Positions 13,601-26,330 of a stretch of DNA of 51,676 nt are shown here, piece after piece. This DNA comes from Ionaspis alba (taxonomy: Eukaryota). The first letter of the stretch is position 1, and each line of letters begins with the position of its first letter. The notes beneath the pieces were generated by a model that was not told the DNA's origin, made no database searches, and saw nothing but the letters and a program-made list of their open reading frames with translations. The translations under genes were made by a program, and so were the position numbers. Where the stretch lies: NCBI GenBank assembly GCA_964255285.1, contig CAXUUL010000034.1:1-51676 (forward strand), written 5' to 3'.

Positions 13601-14882
13601 CAAGACTAGGCCGGCCGGCTGTAGAAGTAGATGTCCTTGTAGAGGGAAGCAATGGAGGCGTTGGCAAATGTTCGTCGTCTAGCACTTTGCGCCAAGAGCT
13701 CATAGTCGACGAACGTCCTCGGGAACTCAGCGGAGTAGGTCGTACAGGGACATTCGATGATTGTGTAGATCTTCGTGAGGCACTGGAACCGCTCCTAATG
13801 ACCCCAGACCCAGGGCTCGCAGATCCCGCTAACGTAGCCAATGCGGACCTCTTCGGAGATGGTTGTGTGCTTTTCTGAGAGCCGGTGCTATACGTGTCAT
13901 AGTGCTCTTGAGGAAGTGAAACAGAGTGACGAACTGGAGAATCGATAGAACGGCCTCCAGTAGATTTGCGAGGTGTACCAATAGCAGACGAAGGTCCTGA
14001 CTCTACCCTTGCCGGCAGAGGGAAGAGAGGGCCTTTATCCTTCTTCCTTCTAGGCAAACGGAAGAATGTTGTAGTTGTTGACACAGTGTGAGTGGTGGTG
14101 GTAGTCGTTGCGAATACTCCATGATCTCCAAAGCTTCCGTCTGAGCGTGATGACTCCGACACGCGAGAAACAGGCAGAGCTAAAGCTGAGTTGAACTCGT
14201 CACCGTAGGCCGGGGGAGGCACCATGGCTCGTGCTCTCCGTGACTCGTCAAAGGTAAGTCGGGAACCGTTCAAGCTTGACTGTCCGCTGACGGAATCATT
14301 GTCTGTCCTGAAACTCTCTAGCATTCTGAGCGATCTTTGGGATGCTTTCGCAGTTGTTGCTGAAGCAGGATCTGGGGACCTTAGTCTTCGAGGTAATGTG
14401 AACGTCGATATCCGCTTGTGGTTGTCCATATTATCCGAGGTGGGAGCAGTGGTGATAATTGAAGGTGTTGAGACTGGCAGTCCACCGTCAGCATGTTCGG
14501 TATCTACTTGGTTTCATAAAATTGATGTCCTACGTCTTGGAACAGGCGGAGCGTCGGATTCTGCGTGCTCCTTCGCTGTTTTAGATAATTGAGAGTCTGA
14601 CGCGTGCCTAAACTTGAGCATGCTGAATCGATGATGTCGAGGAGTTCTTTCTTGAACACGGGGGCTTCTTGCCCGCTCAACCGATGAGGCATCTTTGACC
14701 GTATTCAATGACACCACTGAATCCCTTGTGCCGCGAGAGGGTTCGGTACTTTGTGCTCTCTGTACCTGCAAGCCGAAGTCCAACGGAGTGAGTTGAGTGG
14801 TAGAGGGGGGGCTCCCGAGAGCGCTACGGCGTCGAAGGTCCTTCTCGCTCGGCTTGTCGAGGCGTAAACGATTCCAAGGCAT
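10665..14882 (-). CDS. Sec7 + PH domain Arf guanine-nucleotide exchange factor (Syt1-like)
   Basis: Exons 14882-14534, 14473-~13159, 13108-10665. Sec7 motifs PLDMAIRKMLMHVELPKETQQIDRTLQSFADRY and AYFIAFSILILHTDVFNKNNK, then a PH region (KVGILWRK...WQEWGAILTGSQLYFF...NDWLAKLNYAAAF). Confidence 0.88.
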
Positions 14883-15189
14883 GATTTCGCGCTGGATGGG
14901 CATTCATTGGAATGGCTCGCAACAAATGGGGGAAAGTTCCTTTCTGTTCTCCATGAAGGATTGACTGATACGATCGGAGGTATGGCGATCAACGCATGGA
15001 GAGCAAGCTAAACGAATGACATGGTGCATGTAGAAAACGATATCAAAAGCATTGAAATGCTCAGAAATCGGAAAGGCTTTTTCGAAGCAGCTTGAACGTT
15101 GTGCTGCTTCCAAGACACCTGCAGTTTCTTGACATCCTTTCTTGGCAATCACCGCAAAGTGTTCAGCCCTACAGGCATCGCCTTAGGCA

Positions 15190-15289
15190 NNNNNNNNNNN
15201 NNNNNNNNNNNNNNNNNNNNNNNNNNNNNNNNNNNNNNNNNNNNNNNNNNNNNNNNNNNNNNNNNNNNNNNNNNNNNNNNNNNNNNNNN
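15190..15289. other. Assembly gap (100 N) flanked by identical 17-bp direct repeats
   Basis: AGGCATCGCCTTAGGCA at 15173-15189 and again at 15290-15306. Confidence 0.95.
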
Positions 15290-15372
15290 AGGCATCGCCT
15301 TAGGCAACTTCAACCTATCCCTCTTCACCTTTAACTAGTTATGCGGTATCGGGTTTGAAAGTGAGCGCCATC

Positions 15373-17214
15373 ATGCGCTTTGAAGCGACGATTTCCCTAC
15401 TTCTGGCATTACTGCTATGGGATCAAATTGTGCTTTCAGTGGCCCTTGTGATTCCTCAAACGGCTGCATCATTACCATTCCAGCTCCCCCTTCAAGCTTC
15501 GCAACACTCACCCAATGAGCGAAGACTCTTGAAAAGGCTAAGAGATGGTATTATTGAGAAAATTTGGAGGATTCCAGTGGACAGCTCATCCGAAGCATGT
15601 CATATGAGGACCGCGTCGTTGGCTTCTAAACCTCCTTCGAAGCTACTGGCGAGATATGGAGGGGATGTAGTTTTGAGATTCAACATCCAATCTGCCGAAG
15701 AAGCTAAAGCCCTTTCGGAGGCTGCCAATATACTTTTCTTGGACGTTTGGGAGTTCACTTCTGAGTGGGCTGATGTTCGACTGGCGAGAGACGTTGTATG
15801 TTTGGCTCCAACTCGCATGACACTGAATCATGACCACTGATTGTTTGGTCGGCAGATTTCTTCCCTCCTGGGGCTTTTGCCAAGATCTCTCCAGGAGTCG
15901 TACAAGCCGTTGATGCATGACCTTGCTCAGACGATCTATGAATCCTATCCGGCGCCTATTCTTTCGGAAGCCCTAGAAACGCCTCAGCAAGATCGTCGCG
16001 GCTTCAGTCCTTCTCTTCGGGCTAGTCCTGACGAGACCAACATATTCTTCCAAGAATACCAACCACTGTCTGTAATATTACCATGGATGCGCCTCCTCCA
16101 GTCACTCTTTCCCACGCATGCCCGTCTTATCAAGGTTGGCATTTCGTACGAGGGTAGGGACATACCAGCTCTGCGTGTTGGTGCTCATCCGACCAATTCC
16201 GAGGAGCCGTCTGAGCCCAGAAAGAGTATCATCATAACAGGTGGTTCTCATGCGCGCGAATGGATCAGCACCAGCAGTGTCAATTATGTGGCTTACTCGT
16301 TGATCACTTCATATGGTAGATCCAAGGAGATGACGAAGCTTCTCGAAGAGTTTGACTGGATATTTATCCCAACATTAAATCCAGATGGCTATGCTTATAC
16401 GTGGGAGAATGATCGATTATGGAGAAAGAATCGACAGGAGACCAGTTTACGTTTCTGCAAGGGGCTGGATCTAGATCGGGCCTTTGGATACAAATGGGAC
16501 GGCGAGGCTTCTATTAACAATCCTTGCTCGGAGAGTTTCTCGGGCGATGGCCCTTTTCAAGGCGTCGAGTCTCTCAGATTTGCCAATTGGGCGAAGAATG
16601 AGACGGAGAATAACAATGTGGAATTCATCGGCTTCCTGGATTTCCACTCCTACTCTCAGCAGGTTTTGTATCCGTTTTCCTACTCTTGCGCATCTATTCC
16701 CCCCTCCCTTGAGAACCTCGAAGAGCTAGGGTTGGGATTAGCTAAAGCAATCCATCATGTCGAAGGCGAGATTTACAGTGTCACTTCTGCATGTGAAGGG
16801 AGTGTGGCTGGTAAGCAGAGGAGCAAGAAGGAGCAAGACTTATGGCCGAGGATTGAGACTGGCGGAGGAAGCGCGCTTGACTGGTTCTATCACGACATGA
16901 AAGTCAAATATGCCTACCAGATCAAATTGAGAGATACGGGTACTTATGGCTTTCTCCTACCCAGCAAGAACATTGTCCCAACTGGAAAGGAGGCATTTAA
17001 TGCTGTGCGGTATTTTGGCAAATATTTGCTTGGGAACAAGGGCATCGAATCTGCTGAGACACCCTCGATGGAGGAGTCGAGACCTGCTACAGAATCACCA
17101 CAGCAATACTCGAGACCTACAAGCTCACAAGTTGAGAAAATCGTGATTCCAAACGTCTCGAGCTTTGACGATCCTGAGGAGCGCTATACTGAAATTAATA
17201 CAGAGCTTCGGTAG
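15373..17214 (+). CDS. ECM14: Inactive M14 metallocarboxypeptidase Ecm14
   Basis: Exons 15373-15795, 15856-17214. Signal peptide and prodomain, then HAREW, NPDGY, WRKNR, DLDR and DFHSYSQ. The catalytic Glu is replaced by Lys (YQIKLRDTG), the hallmark of Ecm14. Confidence 0.9.
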
Positions 17215-17522
17215 AAGGGAGGTTCGTTTGCAAGTTGGCAATGGAGCTCGAAGGTGGCGCACATTGATTTTCCATAGCCCGATACCCTTGGTCGATCATA
17301 TTCCGTCTGTGGCGTTCCAGGTCAACTGGGTTTCTCCTCGTGTTGATTCCATGTATACTGAGCTGCACCTTAGTCAAGCCCCCCGAAATCCCAGTTCGCA
17401 AGCTAAGGACTATTTGAAGTCGAAAATGTGAAAGTTCGTTCTGCACGTGATCTGCCCAATATTCACTGTGAGATTCTCTGGCTTTACCTGCAGCCATTCG
17501 TAGACGCAAATTAGGAGTGACC

Positions 17523-19279
17523 ATGGATCGGTCAGAAGAGCTCGTACTCGTTATCGGGTAACGATAGCTTTGATTGTGGCGCTCGACAACAATATAACTG
17601 ATCTGGGACAGTGCGGGAGTCATCGGGCTCCAGACCGCGTTGACCCTGCTTCGTGCCTCCTATCGAGTTACGCTCATCGCGGAATGTCTTCCTGGGGACA
17701 GCAATAGCTTTTACACATCTCCATGGTAAGTAGTTCAGTATTTCGATCATATATCCTAGAGTACTCTGGAGATTTCCCCAGGATCTTGTGAGCTGCATGA
17801 CCTGTGCTTCCAAAGGTCGTTCAAAGAAATCTCAAACTGCATATTCCTCTGTCGGCTTCTCTTCTAAAGCAGCTAACTCTCTGCCTGGAAATGCCTCCGA
17901 ACCCGTTCTCGAACAGTGTCGATCGTTATGCTTGGGCGAGCTTCCTATTCCTTGACTATCTACTTAACACAAAATCAATCCATTGTATCTTGAGTGGGCT
18001 CATTCATGATCGTTACTCGATTCTGCAGCAACCAAGCACTTTTATTCAGTCTCTACCGTCGTAGCCCAGGTAGTCTGCCTGCGAACGGAACTTCTCCATA
18101 CTAAGATTGTTTGTCGAAGGGCGGGCGCACATTGGCGCACTCACGCCACCAAGGAGGAGAAGGAGCTGTGTGAATGGGATACGGAGACCTATCGAACATG
18201 GGAAGAAACGGTGAAAAGGGAAGAAGAGGAGGGAAGAGCAGGTGAAAGTGGACTGGGAGTAAGTAGACCTCCGCTTGTCTTCGTTTGTGCTTTTCATCCT
18301 ACATTGCGGCTGCAAGATCCACCTTTCTAGAGAGGATGCGGAATGCATCAAAAGGAGTCCGATAGGCTGACCAGCATAGGTACTGACATCCTTACACTAC
18401 TGGTAATTCGTGGATAGGTGAAATTTCGGGTTTGAGCGCTGACCCATCTCAGGGACGCTCCGGCTCCAGAGATCGCAAACGGCTCGGCCAGTCTATGGTG
18501 GTCGTCCGTCGTGTCTGGTTTTAAAGTATTACCGGCTTCTCAACTTCCGGCAGGTGTGCATTATGGTGTCTCATTCTCTACCTTTGCGATAAATGTACCC
18601 ATATATCTTCTGTATCTCCAGTCCAGTATTGAAAGACTTGGTGGAAAATTCATCCGCTCTCATATCCCTACCACTGATGGTCTGCATGGGGCTCTATCAT
18701 TTGTGGAACGACTTTCCGGAGAGAACGTTTCGATTTTCGTCAACGCCACTGGTATAGGTGCAAATGAATTGGTTGGCGACAACACCGTCAATGCTATTCG
18801 AGGCCAGACCGTCCTTGTGAAGGGAGAAGCAAACTTCATCAGCACTCGTCTTGGAAATTCTAAGAATGACGTTCAGGCCATAATTCCCCGGCCAGGATCA
18901 GGAACAACTATTGTTGGGGTCACAAGAGAGCCTAATATCTGGGACACTGCTATAAACCACAGTTCTGCAAAGCGGATTTTGGAACATGGAAGAGCGCTAG
19001 CGCCAGAATTGCTGAATGAGGATGGAGAGTTTGATGTGTTGAAAGTGCAAGTGGGACTTCGGCCATCAAGAAAGAATGGGCCACGCGTTGAGCTAGAGGC
19101 ATTGAGAAACGGCAAGATTGTGATACACGAGTATGGACACTCGGGAGCTGGGTAAGTTTTGGGAAGTCAATACTTTCCCCAATGAGTAGCTAACGTGTCG
19201 ATCAAGATACCAGAACTCAGTCGGTAGTGCAAATAAGGTACTTCGACTTCTACAAGAACACCAGAATACATGTCGATGA
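17523..19279 (+). CDS. D-amino-acid oxidase family FAD oxidoreductase
   Basis: Exons 17523-17557, 17612-17725, 18120-18258, 18380-18402, 18453-19151, 19207-19279 give VIGAGVIGLQTA, YTSPWAGAHW, VNATGIGA, IRGQTVLV, VGLRPSR and HEYGHSGAGYQNSVG. Confidence 0.88.
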
Positions 19280-19308
19280 AGATTGTACGAGTATCCCTTG
19301 TAGATATG

Positions 19309-20199
19309 TCACAAGCTCAATAATAAATCGGCGACCACGGCTCTATGGTCTGAAATATATATCCCATCATCAAATCGGTTCTCCAGAATGCCATGGTTCT
19401 TTGCAATCCATTGTTTATCTGGTGCAGTAGCGTGTTCGGCGCCCGAGACACCTCGGTTGACGAGTATGAAGTCTATCCGTGTAGGGGGACTGTCTTCGTG
19501 GCCAAATCCTGTGAAGGTGTCTCGATGTCCATATCGATGGTCAGGATTAACCATTTCGTACACGTCAGTCATGAAATGATACTCTGTCAAATGTTGGTAT
19601 GCCTCCATGTTCTTCTCACTGTTCAGGTCGCCTGCAAGAACAACAGGAAGCTTTGTGCCGTTCTTCTGACTCGACATAATTTGGATTTCCTGGGCTATGA
19701 TCTTGGCAGCTTCCAAACGGGACCTACTGCCTTGATCGTCTAGATGAGTGTTCATGGCGATGACTTGCCTTCGACTCTGGCGGTGTTGCAATTTACCGAT
19801 GGTGAGAATGCGGATGGAGGCAGCGTCCCAGCTTTTGGATGGCCTATCAGGAGTTTCAGAGAGCCAAATATTCTTGTGCTCTAGCAATTTCCACACTCCA
19901 GGGCGATAGAATAGAGGGGAGTATTCCCCGGCCTCTCTACCATCGTCACGTCCAACACCGATATATCGCCATTCGTCGCTACCATAATTCAGAGAGTGAA
20001 GTATATCATTGAGTTGATGATGCAGAACCTCCTGGAGGCATATGAGCGACTCTTGATTGTGGGCAGCATGAAAGCAAAGCTCGCTCGTTAGTCGGGGAAA
20101 GCGAATTGCCCAAGGTTTCTCGCCTTGGAAAGGATGTGCTGTGGCGTAGCGAATATTGTGGGTTATCAGTCGGATATCCAAGTAGCCTTGTGACTTCAT
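19309..20199 (-). CDS. Endonuclease/exonuclease/phosphatase (EEP) family hydrolase
   Basis: Motifs THNIRY, CLQEV, GRDDG, GEYSPLFY, NTHLD, AGDLN, RIDFI and SDHRAV. The start is uncertain (first ATG at 20199). Confidence 0.85.
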   Translation of the reverse strand: MKSQGYLDIRLITHNIRYATAHPFQGEKPWAIRFPRLTSELCFHAAHNQESLICLQEVLHHQLNDILHSLNYGSDEWRYIGVGRDDGREAGEYSPLFYRPGVWKLLEHKNIWLSETPDRPSKSWDAASIRILTIGKLQHRQSRRQVIAMNTHLDDQGSRSRLEAAKIIAQEIQIMSSQKNGTKLPVVLAGDLNSEKNMEAYQHLTEYHFMTDVYEMVNPDHRYGHRDTFTGFGHEDSPPTRIDFILVNRGVSGAEHATAPDKQWIAKNHGILENRFDDGIYISDHRAVVADLLLSL

Positions 20200-20465
20200 C
20201 CTCTCCAACAAGAAGTCAATGAAAGGGTCGTGATAAAGCTACGATATTCGAAGACGGTTTAAATAATGCCAACGGATAAGGGTTGCCTTATAGGGTTCGT
20301 TGTATTCTATTACGCGAAGCTTGTAGCAGCTGCCCCACTGAATGCCCCACCACAAGCTTGTCAACAACGTCAAATGGTTGCTCGGCTTTGCGAACATTGA
20401 GCCCGACTCCAGACGTGAACGATATCACTCGACTCAAAACTTCGCTTTTTACACTCGTCGCAGAT

Positions 20466-21946
20466 ATGGCAGAGGAAGCGCCGACTGGTCAGCAAGACCT
20501 CACGAGACAACCACATCCAAATTGGACAATTTTGCGTGCTTTCATGGATACCGCTGACTACTTACGATAGATTACTCTCTTGCCAATCCTGATACTCTGA
20601 CGAAGTATAAAACTGCGGCTCAGATCTCCCAGAAGGTCTTAGAGACGGTCATAGGTATTTACTGTGTGCACAGATCTCGTGTTATGGTAATCTGAACCCT
20701 CCCAGGATGGTGCAAGGATGGGGAAACAATACTTTCCATATGTGAACGGGGCGACAAACTTTTGGCCGAGGAAGTTGGCAAGGTGTACAAGGGAAAGAAG
20801 ATTCTGAAGGGTTGGCCCTCCAGCACTCTTCTGTTCTTTGATGGTTGCTAACCACGGCTCAAGGCATTGCGCATCCTACCACGGTCTCGCCAAGCTCATT
20901 CGTCACCCCGTACACTCCTCTAGCTTCGGATCCAGCAGATGCAGCTGTGTCTCTCAAGCCTGGTGAGGTCGTGAAAATCCAATTGGGAGCACAGATCGAT
21001 GGATTCGGAACTATAGTATGTGACACAGTGGTTGTGTCAGACAAAGAAGAAGCCACGATAGAGGGGCGCAAAGCGGATCTGCTGCTTGCTACGCACTATG
21101 CGAATGAGCTTCTACTTAGGCTCATGGTACCTTCGGGACTATTGGCCCCTGGAACTGACGAGGAGAAAAGGAAGGCCACATCAGAAAAGCCAGTCACGCA
21201 GACGAAAATGTCTCAAATGCTGGAAAAGGTGGTCAAGACCTACGGATGCAATCTCGTCGAAAACACAACCTCTTGGGTCTTCGGCAGGAATGAGATCGAA
21301 GGGAAGAAGAAGATTGTTTTAGCAGCTGGAGAAGGGCATAAAGGAGAAGGTATCCCAGAAATAGGCGAGGTCTGGGGAGTGGAAATGGGCGTCAGCCTCG
21401 GGACTGGAAAGGTAAAGACATTAGAGAACCGACCGACCTTGCACCGGAGAACAACCACGACTTATGGTCTGAAAAGGCCCAGTTCGCGCCAGATTCTTTC
21501 CGAGATAGTCAAGAAGTTTGGCACCTTCCCTTTCAGTCTCCGTCAACTGGACGACGAGCGTGCAGCAAAAGTTGGAGTGGTCGAATGTGTCCGATCTGGC
21601 GTTGTGAGGCAGTATGAGGTAATAGCAGACAAAGATGGGTCTCCTGTATCGAGACTTTTCACTACTGTCGGTAAGTTGGCTATGATATGGTTGGGTACTT
21701 ATGGTAGATTGATCGTTCCTAGCTATCACTAAAAACGGCATGACTCGTTTGATCGCTCCACCCACTCCAGATCTGTCAAAGCTGAAGACAGAAAAGAAGA
21801 TAGAGGACGAGGAGATCCTGAAAGTTCTCGAGCAACCAATCACTAGGTCGACAGGCACCAAGAGCAAGAACAAGAAGAAGAAGAAGAAACCTGCCAAGAG
21901 AGCTGTAGAGGAAGAATCGGAGGAGGAAGAGAGCGATGACGAGTAG
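20466..21946 (+). CDS. Curved DNA-binding protein Cdb4 / PA2G4(Ebp1)-like, peptidase M24 fold
   Basis: First exon 20466-20487, then DYSLANPDTLTKYKTAAQIS, KGIAHPTTVSP, VKIQLGAQIDGFG and FGTFPFSLRQL, with a Lys-rich C-terminus (KNKKKKKK). Several short introns. Confidence 0.85.
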
Positions 21947-22779
21947 ACCAGGAGAGACCGAGCACAGTGTATGCTTTCAAACTCGAGTTATCATTCCTCG
22001 AGGCGAGACAGGGGGAGCTCCGTTACACGGGAGTCTCTTCAGTTTTGGGATGGTGATGTGGAAGGCTTTAGCATGACCTCCCGCTTGCGATGAGGCTGCT
22101 AGCATAAGCAGGAGATGATGAGCAGGTCGATGACTCTATGGGCCATTGTTCGTTGGAGAAACCGTCGTCCTCTACCCTAGCGTCAATGCCTAAACTTTTC
22201 GCTGTCCTGTCATCTATTCACAACAATGACTAACAGTCAATAATTCGTGTGAATACAATATTTCATTCACGAAACGAATTGATTCCACCCCATTGTCCAA
22301 GTTTTCTTCTCCTGCGGGACCATCAATCTCTGCCTACACCTAAGGTCACCTCGTAGGAATTTAGATCCACCCCTTTTCTACTTCAAATATTGAGTCCAAT
22401 TAAAAGGAGGTTCGAGTCAAGTCGATGGACGCTCATGTTGACACCGATGGGTGACACTGTAAAGCTCGTTTCGTGAAAATAATCAGGCAGACCTTGCAGT
22501 TAGGCCTTCATGTGTTGACAACACTTGGCTTGTGGCTGGCGGGAGATAAAGGGTGGTCAAGCCCCGTGCTCTCGCTTCGGTCAGTGGACCTTTCTCACTT
22601 TCTAAACCAACACCAAACCATCCCGGATCCACGCGACGTAAGTCGTGATAGAACCACAAGCAGTCTCGCTGACGAGCTACGCATTAGTCAGTGAGGTAAG
22701 TTGATACCTGTTTCCCATTTCTCTTTGCCTTTGACTGACAACGCGCACAGAGCCCTCCAGAATCCCTGCCCATCCTATA

Positions 22780-25700
22780 ATGGCCTCGTCAAGGGTAATG
22801 CGCAAATCACCCCGTACGGCGAGTCCCCTCAACGCTACAACAAATGGCCACTCAACACCAGAAGTGAACCCAAATGCGCAGAACGGCGTATCTTCAGGGG
22901 GGCCGGAGTGGACAGAACCACCATTACGTGCTCCTGCACCTAGTTTTGAAGACTATAAGGGGCTTGAAAGACACGGGGTGCTAGAGCATATGGCGCCTCT
23001 TGGGTCCATGCCAAACCAGAAAGTGAAGCTAAGAGTGAAGCAGTACGAGCCAAGTCGACGGACTATGCAGGGAAAGACAGGAGAAGGTGCTTCAAACGTG
23101 AAGGAGGCTCTAAAGGCCCAAGAGGCGTCCGGGAACAAACGAAGATCAGAGTCGCGCAAGGTTGAGGAGCGGCCTAGCAAACCACTGTTGCTACGAGAAA
23201 GAGATGAAGATCAAGACTATACACCGAAGGCTCCAGCTACAAAGTCTGCTGCACCCAAGAGTATTCCAACTCGAACCTCAGTTGCAAGTACACCAAGCTC
23301 GAAAACAACTGCAGGGCAGGAGAGATTGCGCCAGGTCGTTGAATCGGCTGTTGAACGATCCAAAGAGCTTGGAAATGAAATCCTCGGTCTTGCCGTGCGA
23401 AAATTGTTTGAGGAGAGCCTGCAGAATCGAACTTTAGCGGACCTTCTTGATGCGGTTCTTTCGCAACGACCAACACCACGTCAAGCAGCCGATTTTCAAG
23501 CGTACATCAAAATTGCACGAAAGCAAATCAAAGTAGAGAGCGGTCAGTCTAGGCGGTCCTCTGCTGCTGGTATTGGTCCGCCTTCAATGTCGGCCCCCAA
23601 ATCGCCTTCTGGCAGTACGCGGCCGTCGGTCGCACGCCAGACCGAAACCGCCATGAAAAGTAGTGAGGTCGATCACCCTCGAAGGGCAGACCAGGTAGCT
23701 CGCTCAGATCAGGCGATCAGAAGGGATGAAGAGTCTAAACAACCACAGGACGGGCATCGGGCCAAACGTGTGAAGCGTTCCAAGAGTGTCTCCAGTACCT
23801 CTACGCTATCGTCACTTTCTTCTACGGACCCAGCCATGGAGCTGGACCAGGATACTACCGAAGGCCATTCCGCTACTCCCCCCACCAGCGATCCAAAGCC
23901 ACAAAGCTCAGCAGGCCCTAAATTACATACTTTCTCTACCAAAAGTCTTCCTCATGGCGTTAAACGCACTTCATCGATGGCAGCTCGGTCGACACCCGAG
24001 GCCTCTTCTGCAGAAGACCTCTCTTCAAAGCGTCGAAAATTACAGAGAACTTTCGATGATTATGTAGTCAAAGAAAGTAATATTCGCACCCGCACTACTC
24101 CTGGACAGGCTGCACCTGTAGCGTCGGAAGGGCCGTCATCTTCAGCAGTACACAAAGCTTCTGCCACAGGTGCCACTCGTACAGGAATTCGGGATGACCA
24201 CGAGGACCCCAGATCTCCGGCTTCGTCTACGCAAGAATTCCTAATTCCACCGCCTCCAGGTGTGCAACGGGTGTCTCGAGAAGCAACGCCAAACCAGCTT
24301 GGCCGCCCAAGGAATGGTCATTCCCGCAAAGCCGCCCGGATCAAGATATCGTAAGTCTCTATCATCCTCTGCAGTAATCCTGGTGGAACTCTCTGTATTG
24401 CTACTCTTGGAGTGATTGCTCACACCTTGGCTGTTATTAAGCGGTCCATCGATTTTCTTTCACCTTCTGTATTGCACGAACTCTTGCGCCCGTGCTTACT
24501 ATTATCATGGCGATATTCTCTTCGTTGACACCATACAAACTAACCATTTCTACATTGCAGACCCATGAAGAAAAGGAATGGAGGCGTTGTCGCGGGCATT
24601 GCTCGCGCAAGTGGCGGAAGGGAAAGTCCGGTCGGCTACGAAGATGACAATAATGAGGATGTAAGACAAAATTTCTCGGAACCCAACTTTCCTGCACTAC
24701 CCTCCAACCTTTCCTTCTCTCATCAATCCCCCACCAAATCCTCGACTCTCAACCATCAACATATCGCATCATATCTGCGCCACTTGTATATTGCGTCTTG
24801 CTTTTCTCCATCATTCAACGCGATCTTTCCACGCATTTCATAGAGCATGGCTCGATGGCTAATTTTGTTGTCCAGGTTGACAACGTAGACTACTGTACGG
24901 CATGTGGTGGCAATGGTGAACTTCTTTGCTGCGATGGCTGCACTCGTTCTTTCCATTTCAGATGTCTTGATCCGCCGATGAATCCAAGCCAGCTCCTGGA
25001 CGGAGAATGGTTTTGCTATGTGTGCGAAGCAAAGCGGGCTCCACAGCCTAGGCTGACAAGAGGCCTCTTTGCCGCCATCCGAACCAAGTTGAGCAAGCAG
25101 AATCCAGTAGCATACAACCTACCTCTAGAGATTCGAGATTACTTCGATGGCGTTAAAACTGGCGAAGAAGGTGAATACGAAGAGATTAGCACGCTAAAAT
25201 CGAGGTGAGGCTGGCGTCGCTGCTGTACACGTGTCACATGCTTGGATGACTAACTTCGCCGACAGAGCACGAGGAACTGGTGGCTACGACGAAGTCCAAG
25301 ATAACTTCAGGCTTAAAGATGCCAAAGGGAACGTTGTCCTCTGCTTCAAATGTGGCAAGTCGTCCCTTGGTCATCGCGAGATCATCGCTTGCGACTATTG
25401 CACCTTGCGCTGGCACTTGGATTGCCTGGATCCGCCAATGGCGAACCCTCCCATCAAGGATTATTTGAACAGACCCAAGTATAGCTGGATGTGCCCGAAC
25501 CATGTCGATCAGGACCTCTTGACTTGTCGGCATTCTGCTACCGGCCGTGTGCATAAAACTCGACGACCCAAAAATGCCAGAATTGTCGATATCGCTCTAC
25601 GTCGCGGGTTCAAGAACAACGGCATCATCGAGATTGAGAACGATCCATCGGACAACGAAAGCGAGGTCGTTGGGGACGAAGGCTCCTCTATCGTGTACAG

Positions 25701-26330
25701 AGTGCAGGAGAGGGGAATCAAGCTTGATTTCATCGACCGTGTCAAGAGGTATTTTTCTTTCCATCTTCGAACAAATTACCTGCACAGCGCCTGATACAAT
25801 GCTCCAGCTCCAGATCTCTAGTCGAGGCAGCTCGACTCAGTCATGGATCTAACCAGACTCCACGACCGGCTGACAACCATGCCGTCAGTGCTTCTATTGC
25901 CGGAGAGCAGCGCAGAGAGTTCAGCGCGCGGTCATTCACGGACCAGCAGGCAGCGCTAAACCTCGTGCACTTTGCCCGCTTCAACTCAGATCTCTCGCTG
26001 AAGCCCGATCAAGTACAGAATCTACTCACAACTCTCATTGTAAGTCCTCAATCCTACCGGCCAATTCATCCAGTAGATTCTAATCGCGATATTCCACAGA
26101 GGGAGGCTCCGGATGCCGTTGTAGCTATGTGCAATGCCGGATCCCAAGACAGCGCAGCAGACACCAACCGAGACCCGTCCATTCCTCCAACACCACCAAT
26201 TTCCGACCTTCAGGATTTGAAGGATTTGAAGATGAGCGCAGAGGAGAAGCATGACCTACTGATGCTCCAAGAACTTGTCCGCCGACGACTTCTCCATGAC
26301 GACTCTACGAAGGTAGACTCAGAGATGTAG
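22780..26330 (+). CDS. Double-PHD-finger protein, Rco1/Cph1-like (Rpd3S-type HDAC subunit)
   Basis: Long low-complexity first exon (22780-24350), then PHD1 NVDYCTACGGNGELLCCDGCTRSFHFRCLDPP...WFCYVC (exon 24876-25204) and PHD2 CFKC...IIACDYCTLRWHLDCLDPP...WMCPNH (exon 25266-25748). Stop at 26330. Confidence 0.8.

Noticed and set aside
22405..22425. GGTTCGAGTC resembling a tRNA T-loop/B-box
   Set aside because: There is no flanking cloverleaf or A-box.
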